This document shows, one piece after another, positions 26,322 through 36,593 of a DNA stretch of 64,000 bases. Below the pieces are notes generated by a model that saw only the letters and a program-made list of their open reading frames with translations, was not told the DNA's origin and ran no database searches. The DNA is from Bacteroidales bacterium (lineage in GTDB: Bacteria; Bacteroidota; Bacteroidia; Bacteroidales; UBA12077). The translations under genes and the position numbers were made by a program. The stretch lies in contig JANQHR010000028.1 in the NCBI GenBank assembly GCA_028282585.1, positions 13,957 through 77,956 on the forward strand, in the 5' to 3' direction. How positions within the stretch are numbered: position 1 is the stretch's first letter; each line of letters starts with the position of its first letter.

Positions 26322-27645
26322 AAATTTCTACATAGGAATCCTGATTATCGCAGTTTCAATTATTGGAACAGCTTACGCAATTAGTTGGATTGGTTTTAAT
26401 GAGGAATATATTCATACTTTAATATTTTTACATATATTATTTGGCCTGGAGTTTGTATGGCTCATCACTTTTGTAAATAAAACCAATAGAATGCTGGATA
26501 GGTTTTTCTCTTCGATTAAAGAAGATGGCACATCTATTAAATTTGAGAGCACTATGGAAGAAAGCACCTTTAAATTACTTTCAAAAAGATTAAACAATGT
26601 TGTTGAAACCATTCAAAAAACGAGGATTGAAAAAGAAAATGAACATTACTTCTTAAAATATTTGGTTGAGCATATTAATACCGGAATAATTTCTATACTT
26701 AATAATGAAAGAATAGATTTATTAAATAAGACGGGAGTAAATATTTTAGGCACTCATGAGTTATATAAAATTACAGACTTGAAAAAATTCGGCAAACAAT
26801 TCTATAACAACATTATACGAATCCGAGCTGGAGAATATTTTCTAACCAAAATCATAATTCAAAACGAAATTAAAGACATATCATTACGAGCATCTGAATT
26901 TAAGCTTTTTAAAAATCAAGTGAAATTAATATCATTTCATGATGTCCACCAAGAGATAGAACAAAAAGAAATAGATGCATGGCAAAAAATTATAAGAATA
27001 CTTGCGCACGAAATTTCAAGTTCTGTCTCGCCAATTCGTTCGTTAAGCGATCATTTAATTACATTAATTAATAAAGATGATCCAAAATATTTAAATGATG
27101 TTAAAGATGGTGTAAATATTATTCATCAAAGAAGTGACGGGTTAATGAACTTTGTTTCGAAATACCGACAAGTAACAGATATTCCAGAACCTATATTAAA
27201 ACCAATATCATTAAATGAAATTATTAGTGATTTAGAGCTTATATCCAGCGCAGAATTTAATTTAAAATCGTCGTTAAAAATCCATAGACCCGAAGAAGAA
27301 ATCTTAATTAATGCCGATAAGAATTTAATTATGCAAGCTGCTTTAAATATTATAAGAAATGCATCAGAAGCCGTTAAATCAATTTCCAATCCGATGATTA
27401 AAATTACAGGAAATGTGAATTACAATAAGGCCGTTCTGGAAATTACTGATAACGGTATAGGAATTGACTTCGAAGATCTTGAAAATGTCTTTATACCTTT
27501 TTTCAGCACAAAAGAAAATGGTTCGGGTATTGGTTTAGCAATTGCAAAGCAGTTAATTAATAAACAGGGAGGCCGAATTGATATTCAATCAAAACCGGAT
27601 AAAGGTACATCCGTTAAAATTTATTTCGAATACTATAAAAATTAA
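26311..27645 (+). CDS. Sensor histidine kinase (2 TM with ~6-aa outer loop, PAS-like, HisKA, HATPase), paralog 1
   Basis: 444 aa. It has the H-box LAHEISSSVSP and N/G boxes (DNGIGI, GSGIGLAI). It overlaps the RR gene by 11 nt. Confidence 0.85.
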   Translation: MVYKNFYIGILIIAVSIIGTAYAISWIGFNEEYIHTLIFLHILFGLEFVWLITFVNKTNRMLDRFFSSIKEDGTSIKFESTMEESTFKLLSKRLNNVVETIQKTRIEKENEHYFLKYLVEHINTGIISILNNERIDLLNKTGVNILGTHELYKITDLKKFGKQFYNNIIRIRAGEYFLTKIIIQNEIKDISLRASEFKLFKNQVKLISFHDVHQEIEQKEIDAWQKIIRILAHEISSSVSPIRSLSDHLITLINKDDPKYLNDVKDGVNIIHQRSDGLMNFVSKYRQVTDIPEPILKPISLNEIISDLELISSAEFNLKSSLKIHRPEEEILINADKNLIMQAALNIIRNASEAVKSISNPMIKITGNVNYNKAVLEITDNGIGIDFEDLENVFIPFFSTKENGSGIGLAIAKQLINKQGGRIDIQSKPDKGTSVKIYFEYYKN

Positions 27646-27699
27646 TATTTCTTTCACTTTAATGTTGTAATTATAGTATAATTTTGAGTCAAAAATCAC

Positions 27700-28038
27700 A
27701 TGCGTATTAAAACCGTATATTTCATTTTGTTTATAATAGGTAGTATTGTTCCTTATTATTTCTTTCTTCCATTTATTATAAAACATGGTTTAGATTTCAA
27801 ATTATTAATTTCTGAATTATCTGCTAATAATATTAGCCTGTTCTTTGGTTTCGATGTAATAATATCCGCTCTGGCCCTGATCATTTATATATTATATGAT
27901 CAAAACAAAATTAAAGTCCGGTTTTATGGATTAGCTATTATAGCAACGCTTACTATTGGTGTTTCTAGTGGATTACCTTTGTATTTGTTACTGAAAGAGA
28001 GAACAAAAGATTTCCTGAGAAAGCTTAATGGTAATTAA
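27700..28038 (+). CDS. Small multi-TM membrane protein, DUF2834-like
   Basis: 112 aa with 3-4 hydrophobic helices. The pattern ..PYYFFLPFI..HGLD...L...L.AN.IS.FFG.DV..SAL matches my recollection of DUF2834. Confidence 0.5.
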   Translation: MRIKTVYFILFIIGSIVPYYFFLPFIIKHGLDFKLLISELSANNISLFFGFDVIISALALIIYILYDQNKIKVRFYGLAIIATLTIGVSSGLPLYLLLKERTKDFLRKLNGN

Positions 28039-28104
28039 TACCTCTAATTTTAATATTTCTAATAAAAAAATTGGTATTTTAGAAGTGACTAAAAATGTAT
28101 TATT

Positions 28105-29436
28105 ATGAGCGATTTTCTTTTACTTCTATTGGTGATGATACTTGGAGTATTACCACTTTCTATTCTTGTTTACTGGTATAAATACCGGGGAACAATAATA
28201 TACAAAACAGCAATTGCAATTCTTTCCACCAATTTATTGGTAACATTTGCCGGGTTCGTTGTAGGTGAATATGGCATTAAGTTCATATTTTTCTATATTC
28301 CGTTTGGCTATTTGACATTGCTATTGGGGAACATGATTTTCAAGAAATATGTACAAAGGCCATTAAGGGGATCAATTGAAGTATTAAAAAAGATTTCGGA
28401 AGGTGATTTAAATGTAAAGATTAATGAAGAGCTCATAAATATTAATGATGAAACCGGACAAATGAATAAGGTTTTGGATAAAATGGTTCATAATTTAAAT
28501 GACACTGCAGAATTTGCCCGTCAGGTAGGAGAAGGGAATTTAGATCATGAAATTCAATTGTTAGGAGATTCTGATCATTTAAGAAGTGCTCTTCTGGAAA
28601 TGAGGGAAAAGCTTAAGGAAGCCGCAGAATTGCAAGAAGAAAAACGTATTGATGAAGAAAAAAGATCTTGGGCAAATCAGGGATTAGCTAAACTAAATGA
28701 GATTTTAAGAAAGCAAGAGGATGCTAATGAATTATCGTACCAGATTTTAAGCTTTCTAATCAATTACATGGATGCTAACCAGGGAGGTATATTTATCCGC
28801 ACAGCAGAAGACCCGAAAAATATTTTACTTGAACTTAAATCATTTTATGCGTTTGACAGGCGTAAATTTATCAAGAAGACATTTGAATGGGGAGAAGGTT
28901 TGGTAGGAAACTGTGCATTAGAAAAACAAACAATTCATTTAACCGAAATTCCCGATAACTATATTGAAATTACAAGCGGATTAGGTGGAGCTAATCCGCA
29001 TAGTCTTCTACTAGTGCCAATGAAAATGGAAGAGGAAGTGCTCGGTATTGTAGAAATTGCTTCTTTTAACGAGTTTGAAAAATATCAGATAGAATTTTTA
29101 GAGCAAGCATCTTTAAGTATAGCAAGCTCTTTAAATATGGCTGAAACAAACCAACGTACCTCAGAATTACTTAAAAAAACTCAGCAACAAGCTGAAGAAG
29201 TGGCTGCCCAAGAAGAAGAAATGCGTCAAAATATGGAGGAATTACAAGCTACGCAAGAAGAATCTACAAGGCGAAATGAAGAAGTTGAGAGGCTATTGGA
29301 ACAATCGCAACAACAAGCAGAAATAATTGAATCTAAAATTACTGAATATGAAGAACGCGAAGTTACGTGGCAGGTTAAATTAGATTCTGCAAATAAAAAG
29401 ATAAAAGAACTCGAAGAAAAATTAAAAAAGAAATAA
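28105..29436 (+). CDS. Membrane-anchored HAMP-GAF protein with C-terminal coiled coil and no recognisable output domain
   Basis: 443 aa. It has N-terminal TM helices and a HAMP-like segment (LKKISEGDLNV). It has a GAF-like core (..GEGLVGNCALEKQTIHLTEIP..). It ends in a Q/E-rich coil (QQQAEEVAAQEEEMRQNMEELQATQEE). Confidence 0.65.
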   Translation: MSDFLLLLLVMILGVLPLSILVYWYKYRGTIIYKTAIAILSTNLLVTFAGFVVGEYGIKFIFFYIPFGYLTLLLGNMIFKKYVQRPLRGSIEVLKKISEGDLNVKINEELININDETGQMNKVLDKMVHNLNDTAEFARQVGEGNLDHEIQLLGDSDHLRSALLEMREKLKEAAELQEEKRIDEEKRSWANQGLAKLNEILRKQEDANELSYQILSFLINYMDANQGGIFIRTAEDPKNILLELKSFYAFDRRKFIKKTFEWGEGLVGNCALEKQTIHLTEIPDNYIEITSGLGGANPHSLLLVPMKMEEEVLGIVEIASFNEFEKYQIEFLEQASLSIASSLNMAETNQRTSELLKKTQQQAEEVAAQEEEMRQNMEELQATQEESTRRNEEVERLLEQSQQQAEIIESKITEYEEREVTWQVKLDSANKKIKELEEKLKKK

Positions 29437-29490
29437 AACTATCTGAATTATATAAGTTTTAAAGAAGCTGTCCAAAAAGTAGAAATGTTG

Positions 29491-29569
29491 TTCATATTTC
29501 GACAAGCTCAATATGACAACTTTCTGATAATCTGACTGTCACACTGTCTCGATAACCATCGGGAGTCAA
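29491..29569 (-). repeat. Interspersed ~80-90 bp intergenic repeat, copy A (inverted relative to copy B at 45683-45772)
   Basis: Its reverse complement shares the blocks gactcccgatg(g)tta..cg.g.cagtgtgaca and tcatattgagc...ttgt(c/t)gaaatatga with copy B. Confidence 0.6.
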
Positions 29570-29587
29570 AGTATAGACATGAAATAA

Positions 29588-29627
29588 GAGGCTTCTTTTG
29601 CTTTACAACATAGAAGCTTCTTTTTTA
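29588..29627 (+). terminator. Probable intrinsic terminator downstream of the HAMP-GAF gene
   Basis: The stem gaggcttct/agaagcttc has one mismatch and a 15-nt loop. A T-run follows. Confidence 0.45.
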
Positions 29628-29640
29628 TGTAAACCAAAAG

Positions 29641-30666
29641 ATGAAAATAAAAATCATATTAAATCTGGTCATTATCTTCATATCTTCTCTATCATTTCCG
29701 GTTGGTGCCCAAAATGAATTAGAAGTAACAGAATTATCTTATAAACTTTATGCTATAATAAATCCTCAAGGAGGAAATATTGCATTTCTGGTTACTCGTA
29801 AAGGTGTTGTAGTTGTTGATGCCGGATCAACGCCGCAAAATGGAAGAGATATTGTCGAAGCAATTAGGTCGGTCACTAAAAAACCAATAAAGTACTTAAT
29901 TCTTACCCATCTGCATGGGGATCACGTAAATGGAGTTGCGGGGTTTCCTGAAGGCATAACTATCATTGCTCATAAGGACCTGGAAGAAAATAATATAAAA
30001 TTCAATAAAGAGAATTTAGAAAACTACATGGAAAATGTTCTTCCTGAACACCTCACTAATCTGCGTAAGCAGCTTGATTCTATAAGTGATAAAGAAAGTG
30101 AAGCGTATTTAGAATTAATGCAAACCTATAATTCGCATGTAGACTATTTTGAAAATATTAAACAAATTGAATTTAGAAAACCGGACATTACTTTTGAAGA
30201 TTATTATAGGTTTAAAATTACTGATCAGCGCATAATGCTTGAATATCCGGGACCTGGACATACCAACGATAATATCGTTGTTAAATTTTCCAATCATAAT
30301 GTAATTCATACTGGTGATTTAGTTTTTAATGGTTCGTTTCCTTACACAATTGTTGAACATGGAGTGGATATATACAACTGGATAAGAATATTAGATGATC
30401 TTTATAAGGAAAATATTACAACTGTTGTTCCCGGCCATGGTGAAACTGGTAGAAAAATTGCATTAAAAGATCAATCTGATTATTTTAAAGATCTATCTCA
30501 CCAGATTGAAGCACTTAAAAATGCAGGTTATGATTTGGGAGAAATAAAAAGGAAAATAAAACATTCTGATTTTAGATTAAAAGGAAATGAAAATCAGCTT
30601 TCAGTGAATATTGAGGTAATTTATTCGGAGCTTACAAGTAAAGGAAGAGAATGGTGGAAATTTTAG
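29641..30666 (+). CDS. Secreted MBL-fold metallo-hydrolase
   Basis: 341 aa with a signal peptide. It has the THLHGDH motif and downstream His/Asp ligands (HTGD, PGHG). Confidence 0.8.
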   Translation: MKIKIILNLVIIFISSLSFPVGAQNELEVTELSYKLYAIINPQGGNIAFLVTRKGVVVVDAGSTPQNGRDIVEAIRSVTKKPIKYLILTHLHGDHVNGVAGFPEGITIIAHKDLEENNIKFNKENLENYMENVLPEHLTNLRKQLDSISDKESEAYLELMQTYNSHVDYFENIKQIEFRKPDITFEDYYRFKITDQRIMLEYPGPGHTNDNIVVKFSNHNVIHTGDLVFNGSFPYTIVEHGVDIYNWIRILDDLYKENITTVVPGHGETGRKIALKDQSDYFKDLSHQIEALKNAGYDLGEIKRKIKHSDFRLKGNENQLSVNIEVIYSELTSKGREWWKF

Positions 30667-30674
30667 ACAAAAAA

Positions 30675-30708
30675 AGAAGAAGCTATTCTAATTAGAATAA
30701 CTTCTTCT
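30675..30708 (-). terminator. Long hairpin between the convergent MBL and TonB-receptor genes
   Basis: A 16-bp stem with one mismatch (agaagaagctattcta/tagaataacttcttct). The T-run is on the minus-strand side. Confidence 0.65.
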
Positions 30709-30732
30709 ATACATTCTTGTAATATAACTAAC

Positions 30733-33108
30733 CTATAACATGTTTCCTATTTTAAATCCAAAATATACAGTTCTTGGCAACGATGGTCCGTATAAATATC
30801 CCGGATCTCTGTTTATTGTTACATCAAAATCGTCTTGGTAAGAATTAAAAATATTCTTCATACCAGCAAATACTTGCATGCTTGCCCCATTTAATTTAAA
30901 CTGGTAACTTAGCTTAGCTCCAAGGTCATAAAATGGATCAGATTCTCTTAACTCTCCAATTGGTTCGCCTTCACTATCTACTGGGCTTTCTGTTCCAAAA
31001 TAAGGAACTAACATACTTCCCGTATACGTTCCTGATACTAATAAGCTAAATTCTTTATAGAAATCCCAATCAATTGTAAGATAACCATAATTGTTAGGTG
31101 TTCTGAAGAAATCTTTCTCATCAAATTCCTGAGCTTCTTCATATGCACTCTGTTGAATTGTAAATCCACTGCTAAAAGCAAAATCTCCTTCAGGAACAAT
31201 ATTAAGTTCCATGTTAACACCGCTTACCGTAGCACCTCCTTCGGCATTAACACGCGTATATGTTACAACTCCATCTACCGGATCTCCATATTCATTGGCA
31301 AAGGCGTCAACTAAATCAGTGTAGAAACCTTCAACTAAGAAACCTGTGTAAACCTTACCCAATTGTTTATTGAAATCAAATGATAACATATAACTGTGAC
31401 TGGTTTCTTGTTTTAAGTTTGGATCATTATCATGCAATACCCGTCTTGAACCCGAAGTTTCAATATGCAGATCCTCGTCAAATATTTGCGGAGCGCGATA
31501 ACCTTGTGAATAACTTGCACGTGCCTGAATTATATCTAAAATATCATATTTTAAAGTAAACCTGGGACTTAAAACATCTCCAGTTACACTATGCCCATCT
31601 ACTTCATCTTCAATTTCATAATGATCATACCTAACACCTGCAGAAACACTTAAATCATTAAACTTATGTTCGTATTGTGCAAATCCACCATAAATATTTG
31701 AAACCTGATCGGCTACCAAAGTATTTTCTGTATGAGTAGTTACTATTTCACCACTCACAATCTCATTTACAGGATATCCAAGTTTCTTGTCATTTAAAGT
31801 TTCGCCTCTATATTCAAATCCTCCTGTTAAATTTGAGTTCTTAAAATACGCTGTATACTGGGCTCCAATATTATAAGTTAATCCTTCTGTCTTTCCATAG
31901 TCTTGCAATGATTGTTCAGCTCCATAATATGAATCACGGTCAACTTTTTGAGCGGAGATAAACATCGAAAGTTTATCACGTTCTCTGAAAAATTGATCGA
32001 ACGTTACGGCTCCGGTCGTAATATTATGATCAAGAGCTTCAGCAATATCAGCTTGGTGTTTTGGTAAATCAAAATCATTTCCACCTCTTCTGTCTTCTTT
32101 TATATTAAAGAAATCAATAGCTATTTTGTTTCGATGCGTAAAACGGTGAAATACTCTTGTTCCTACCGTTTGATTGTTTAATTGAGTAATCTCGGAGAAC
32201 CCATCATCATTTGCGTCAAAAAACTCATGATCTCTGTAGTAACCATATAAAGCCATACCAGTTCTGCTATCTGAAGATACCAGGGAAGTATTAAAATTTA
32301 AATTATAATCAAAAGCAGGATCTCCACTGCCATCAACACCTAATCCCATAAAACCGGAAGAAGCTCCTACTTCATAAGAATTGTTTATAGGGTCCTTTAA
32401 AATTAGATTAATTGTTCCTGCAATAGCATTACTTCCATAAAGTGCAGAACCACCACCTCTAATAATTTCCATTCTTTCAATCATATTAGATGGTATAAGT
32501 TCTAAACCATAAACTCCCGCTAAACCACTAAAAATAGGTCGGCTGTTAATTAAAATTTGAGAATAAGGACCTTCCATACCATTCATTCTTACCTGAGAGA
32601 AGCCACAATTCTGGCAATTGTTTTCCATCCTTAAACCAGGAGAAAAATTTAAACCGTCGCTAATTGTAGCAGTTTGTGCTACTTCAAAAAGACGCGGAGT
32701 TAGTGTGTTTACAATTACAGATGCTTCCGTTCTGTTTTTTTCATTTCTATCGGCTGTAACCACAACTTCTTCTAATCCTAAAACATCATTTTCTAAATGA
32801 ATTTTCAATTCGATTGTATTTTTCTCTTTTAATTCTACTTCCTGGCTAAATGGTTTATACCCTATAGCTGATGCCACTAGAGTAAAATTACCAACTGGCA
32901 TATGAATAAGGTTAAAATGGCCTGTTTCATCTGTCGCTGTTCCAATGGTTGTTCCTTTAAGCACCACAGTAGCGAATGGTAAATGTTTTCCTTCAGAATC
33001 GACAACATGCCCAACAATATTTGCATCCGTTCTATTTCTTTGTGCCGAAGCATTTATTGATAAAAAAAGAATTAAAATTAGTTGTGATATATATATAGTT
33101 TTTTTCAT
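30733..33108 (-). CDS. TonB-dependent receptor with N-terminal carboxypeptidase-regulatory-like domain
   Basis: 791 aa with a signal peptide. It has a CarbopepD_reg-like segment (GHVVDSEGKHLPFATVVLKGT), a plug and a beta-barrel that ends ...YFGFKIGNML. Confidence 0.85.
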   Translation of the reverse strand: MKKTIYISQLILILFLSINASAQRNRTDANIVGHVVDSEGKHLPFATVVLKGTTIGTATDETGHFNLIHMPVGNFTLVASAIGYKPFSQEVELKEKNTIELKIHLENDVLGLEEVVVTADRNEKNRTEASVIVNTLTPRLFEVAQTATISDGLNFSPGLRMENNCQNCGFSQVRMNGMEGPYSQILINSRPIFSGLAGVYGLELIPSNMIERMEIIRGGGSALYGSNAIAGTINLILKDPINNSYEVGASSGFMGLGVDGSGDPAFDYNLNFNTSLVSSDSRTGMALYGYYRDHEFFDANDDGFSEITQLNNQTVGTRVFHRFTHRNKIAIDFFNIKEDRRGGNDFDLPKHQADIAEALDHNITTGAVTFDQFFRERDKLSMFISAQKVDRDSYYGAEQSLQDYGKTEGLTYNIGAQYTAYFKNSNLTGGFEYRGETLNDKKLGYPVNEIVSGEIVTTHTENTLVADQVSNIYGGFAQYEHKFNDLSVSAGVRYDHYEIEDEVDGHSVTGDVLSPRFTLKYDILDIIQARASYSQGYRAPQIFDEDLHIETSGSRRVLHDNDPNLKQETSHSYMLSFDFNKQLGKVYTGFLVEGFYTDLVDAFANEYGDPVDGVVTYTRVNAEGGATVSGVNMELNIVPEGDFAFSSGFTIQQSAYEEAQEFDEKDFFRTPNNYGYLTIDWDFYKEFSLLVSGTYTGSMLVPYFGTESPVDSEGEPIGELRESDPFYDLGAKLSYQFKLNGASMQVFAGMKNIFNSYQDDFDVTINRDPGYLYGPSLPRTVYFGFKIGNML

Positions 33109-33254
33109 CGTATTTTTTTTACAGTTAACTAGATTAACCTTTGATTAATGCAAAATATACTTTCGCATATAAAATATTTTATTTTGAAATTAAGTGCCTG
33201 AATTATTATTTAATCCTAAACAATTAAATAATTGAATAAATAATTAAACTTGAA

Positions 33255-33632
33255 CTAAACTTGTAATGATTGTGACGGCGGTCCACGAGTTTTACGTAAA
33301 CCCAGGTTAATTGAATTAGAAAAGATACATGGCTTACTTAACAATTCTAATTCAACATCTGCATTGAAGCGAAGATTTATAAAATTCTCAAAAGTTGTAT
33401 ATTGCTCAAATGAACTTAAGTAATCTAAGTCTATTCTATTGTGTCTATGCTTTGCAAGCGGATCATCTTTTTCCGCTCCTTTATCAAAAGGGTGTGCGTG
33501 AAAAATTATTTTTTCTGATTCAGTTTTGTGAGCATGAAGAAAGAATGTGGAATTAACAATAATTCCTCCCATTATTAATAGGAATAATGAAGTAATAATT
33601 CCCTTTCTAATATGCTTATCTCTTCCTTTCAT
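33255..33632 (-). CDS. Small N-terminally anchored protein with His motifs and C-terminal RGPPS motif; paralog-like to 21953-22360
   Basis: 125 aa. A TM helix is followed by FFLHAHK..IIFHAHPF..HRHNR. The protein ends ...LRKTRGPPSQSLQV. It sits directly upstream of the TonB-dependent receptor on the same strand. Confidence 0.55.
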   Translation of the reverse strand: MKGRDKHIRKGIITSLFLLIMGGIIVNSTFFLHAHKTESEKIIFHAHPFDKGAEKDDPLAKHRHNRIDLDYLSSFEQYTTFENFINLRFNADVELELLSKPCIFSNSINLGLRKTRGPPSQSLQV

Positions 33633-33808
33633 TCTGTTGTCAAAAGTAAATCAAGCCTTTTAAACCCGCAATACCATATGTTAGGTATTTTGATATTTTA
33701 ATAACACTGTTAATTTTATAACATGAAGAAACCATAATTACCTACTAAGACTTTCCATGTTAGCATACGTTTAATCGAAAAATAGTTCTATGTTTTAAAA
33801 CACAAAAT

Positions 33809-35158
33809 CTAGAATGTTAATCGAATATTTGTTCCGGCTTCCGAAGAACTAACATCTATTGAACCTTTATGTAATCGCATTATTTGGCGAGATAAACTTA
33901 AACCTATACCAGAACCTTGATCTTTTGTTGTGAAGAACGGTATAAAAATCTTATCTATAATATCTTGATGAATACCGGGTCCATTATCATTTATACATAT
34001 TATTACTACATTTCTTTTATCCTTATACGAAACTATTCTTATCTCACGACTTTCTTTATTACCAAATCCTTCAATCGAGTTTTTAATCAAGTTGATTATT
34101 ACATGTGAAAGTAATTTCTCATCTGCAATTAAAGCTAAATCATTAGGGGTAACATTAATATATGTATTGATATTACCTTTTAATAATTCTTCGCTAAATA
34201 GTTTTATAATTCTTTCTATAAATTCCTTTAACTTGATTTCATTAAAGCTTGGATTAGGCAGATTAGTAAGTTGTCTATAATTTGCAACAAAATCTTTTAA
34301 TCCTATACTTCTATCCTCAATTATTTCTAATCCTTCCAACGTATTATTAATAGTGAAATCGCTTATACTTTCTTTATCTATAGCTTTTCCTTTTTTATCT
34401 CTGAAATATTTTGAGATTGCGGTTATAGTGGTTGTTATTGGGCCAATAGAATTCATAATTTCATGAGCTAAAACCCGTATCAATTTTTGCCATGATTCAA
34501 GCTCTGTTTCATCTAACTCACTTTTTATATTCTGTATTGAAACTAATTTTATACGTTTTCCTTGTTGTATTAATTCTGTAGCATTTATTGAAAGTTGTTT
34601 AAACTCGTTATCAACATTTAACTTTAATAACCTATTTTCTGATGGTTTAATTTCTTTCAAAACTCTGGCAAACCCAGTAATTAATCCATCCAACTCGTTA
34701 ATGTTTTGAATTGATTTTAGATTTAACAGTTGCCTGGTTGCTTTGTTAATTAAAATAACGTTTCCGTTTTCATCGAACCAGATTAGGCCTGTTGCCACAT
34801 TCTCAATTGCAGCAGATAAATATTGCGATTTAAGAATATTCTCAATTTCCGATTTTTTAATAACTTCTTCAATTTTATATAATGAATCATATAATTTATC
34901 AAAAGATTTTCCTTTGTTCCGTGGAAACTTTAAAAAATTATAATCTCTATTTATTATGCTTTCGAAAAAATCTGCTAATTCATAATTAATTTTATTCAGA
35001 TATCTTATCAATAATATGATCTGAATAACCAACAACAGAGAATGGTTAAGTATTAAAAAAGTTTTTTTTGTTGGTACGGAAAATGCAATTAACAAGCAGG
35101 TTGCAACCAAAAGAATTATTCTTACTATTATATTGATATAAAATTTCTTATAAACCAT
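33809..35158 (-). CDS. Sensor histidine kinase (2 TM with ~6-aa outer loop, PAS-like, HisKA, HATPase), paralog 2
   Basis: 449 aa. It starts MVYKKFYIN, like paralog 1 (MVYKNFYIG). It has the H-box LAHEIMNSIGP and the boxes DNGPGI and GSGIGLSL. Confidence 0.85.
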   Translation of the reverse strand: MVYKKFYINIIVRIILLVATCLLIAFSVPTKKTFLILNHSLLLVIQIILLIRYLNKINYELADFFESIINRDYNFLKFPRNKGKSFDKLYDSLYKIEEVIKKSEIENILKSQYLSAAIENVATGLIWFDENGNVILINKATRQLLNLKSIQNINELDGLITGFARVLKEIKPSENRLLKLNVDNEFKQLSINATELIQQGKRIKLVSIQNIKSELDETELESWQKLIRVLAHEIMNSIGPITTTITAISKYFRDKKGKAIDKESISDFTINNTLEGLEIIEDRSIGLKDFVANYRQLTNLPNPSFNEIKLKEFIERIIKLFSEELLKGNINTYINVTPNDLALIADEKLLSHVIINLIKNSIEGFGNKESREIRIVSYKDKRNVVIICINDNGPGIHQDIIDKIFIPFFTTKDQGSGIGLSLSRQIMRLHKGSIDVSSSEAGTNIRLTF

Positions 35159-35165
35159 TTTCTAA

Positions 35166-36536
35166 TTAATTATGCAATCCATATTTTTTGAGTTTTCTTA
35201 TTAAAGTAGTTCTGGCAATTTTTAATTCATTTGCTGTATGACTATGATTCCATTTATGTTTTTTAAGTACTTTCAAAATGGCATGCTTCTCAATTTCATC
35301 AAGAGATAGCTTGTCTGTTGGGCTTATAAACTCATTATCAACTCGCAAATCTGAAATGGTTATTGTATTAAAGTCTGATAGAATTACCGCCTTTTCAATA
35401 GTATGCCTTAATTCTCTGACATTTCCCGGCCAGTGATATTTTTGCAGGTTCCCGATTGCACTATTATCAAATTTCATATTTGTTTTACCATATCGTGATG
35501 CGTATAAATTAAGATAATGATTTGCAATTTCAATAATATCTTGTTGTCTTTCTCTTAATGGCGGCACTTCTATTTCTATTGTGTTGATTCTATAAAGCAA
35601 ATCTTCTCGAAATAAGTTGTTAGCGACAAGTTTTTTTAGGTCCTGATTTGTTGCTGAAATTAATCTCACATTTATTGGCACTTCTCTATCTGCGCCAACC
35701 TTCGTAATAGCTCTTTTTTCCAACACTGATAGCAATTTAACCTGCATTCCAATCGACAAATTTCCAATTTCATCCAAGAATATTGTTCCTCCTGAAGCAG
35801 ATTCAAATTTCCCTGCCCTTTCTTCCTTTGCATCTGTAAATGCTCCTTTTAGGTGTCCGAACAATTCACTTTCAAAAAGTGTTTCACTAATTGCTCCAAG
35901 ATCAACTCCAAGAAAAATCTCATCTTTTCTTAAGGATCTTCTGTGAATTTCCCTGGCAATCAACTCCTTTCCAGTCCCATTCTCACCCAATAATAAAATA
36001 TTAGCATCTGTTTCTGCAACTTTATCAATTTTTGAAAAGATATTTTGCATAACATCCGATTTACCAATAATTTTTGAATAGTTTTTATTAATATTCTCAG
36101 TCAAATGCTTTTGCTTTTGTTTTAAGCTACCAACCTCTCTTATTGATTCTCTTAGTTTTAAAGCATTTTTTAAAGTTGCAATAAGTTTATTATCCTCCCA
36201 GGGTTTTAAAATGAAATCTGTTGCCCCCTCTTTCATGGCATTCACCGCAAGGCTTATATCTCCAAATGCGGTAATCATTATGACCATAATATCCTCGTTA
36301 TATTTCTTAACTTCCTTTAGCCAGAATAGTCCCTCGGTACCAGAATTGATGCCCGTTTGAAAATTCATATCAAGCAATACAATGTCATAATCATCTTTTC
36401 TAAGTGACTCTAAAGTTAGGTTAGGATTGCTTATTGTTTTAATACATTCAAATTCACCAGACAATAAAAGTTCTAATGCTTTCAATAAACTTTTGTTATC
36501 ATCAACAATTAAGATTTTACCTTTTACGTTTTTCAA
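35166..36536 (-). CDS. Sigma-54-dependent response regulator (NtrC family), paralog 2
   Basis: 456 aa with REC, GENGTGKE, GAFTDA, ESELFGH and a C-terminal HTH. By eye it is roughly half identical to paralog 1. Confidence 0.9.
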   Translation of the reverse strand: MKNVKGKILIVDDNKSLLKALELLLSGEFECIKTISNPNLTLESLRKDDYDIVLLDMNFQTGINSGTEGLFWLKEVKKYNEDIMVIMITAFGDISLAVNAMKEGATDFILKPWEDNKLIATLKNALKLRESIREVGSLKQKQKHLTENINKNYSKIIGKSDVMQNIFSKIDKVAETDANILLLGENGTGKELIAREIHRRSLRKDEIFLGVDLGAISETLFESELFGHLKGAFTDAKEERAGKFESASGGTIFLDEIGNLSIGMQVKLLSVLEKRAITKVGADREVPINVRLISATNQDLKKLVANNLFREDLLYRINTIEIEVPPLRERQQDIIEIANHYLNLYASRYGKTNMKFDNSAIGNLQKYHWPGNVRELRHTIEKAVILSDFNTITISDLRVDNEFISPTDKLSLDEIEKHAILKVLKKHKWNHSHTANELKIARTTLIRKLKKYGLHN

Positions 36537-36593
36537 TTCTTTTTGTATTAGTACATCAAAAATATTGTAGTTTAGTAATAGTTCAAAATTTGC

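Noticed and set aside
33185-33199. Sigma-54-like AGGCAC-N5-TTTCA on the minus strand, upstream of the TonB-dependent receptor.
   Set aside because: The -24 half is good, but the -12 lacks the G-C dinucleotide and the first T is missing. With only one copy there is no comparative support, so it is too weak to call.
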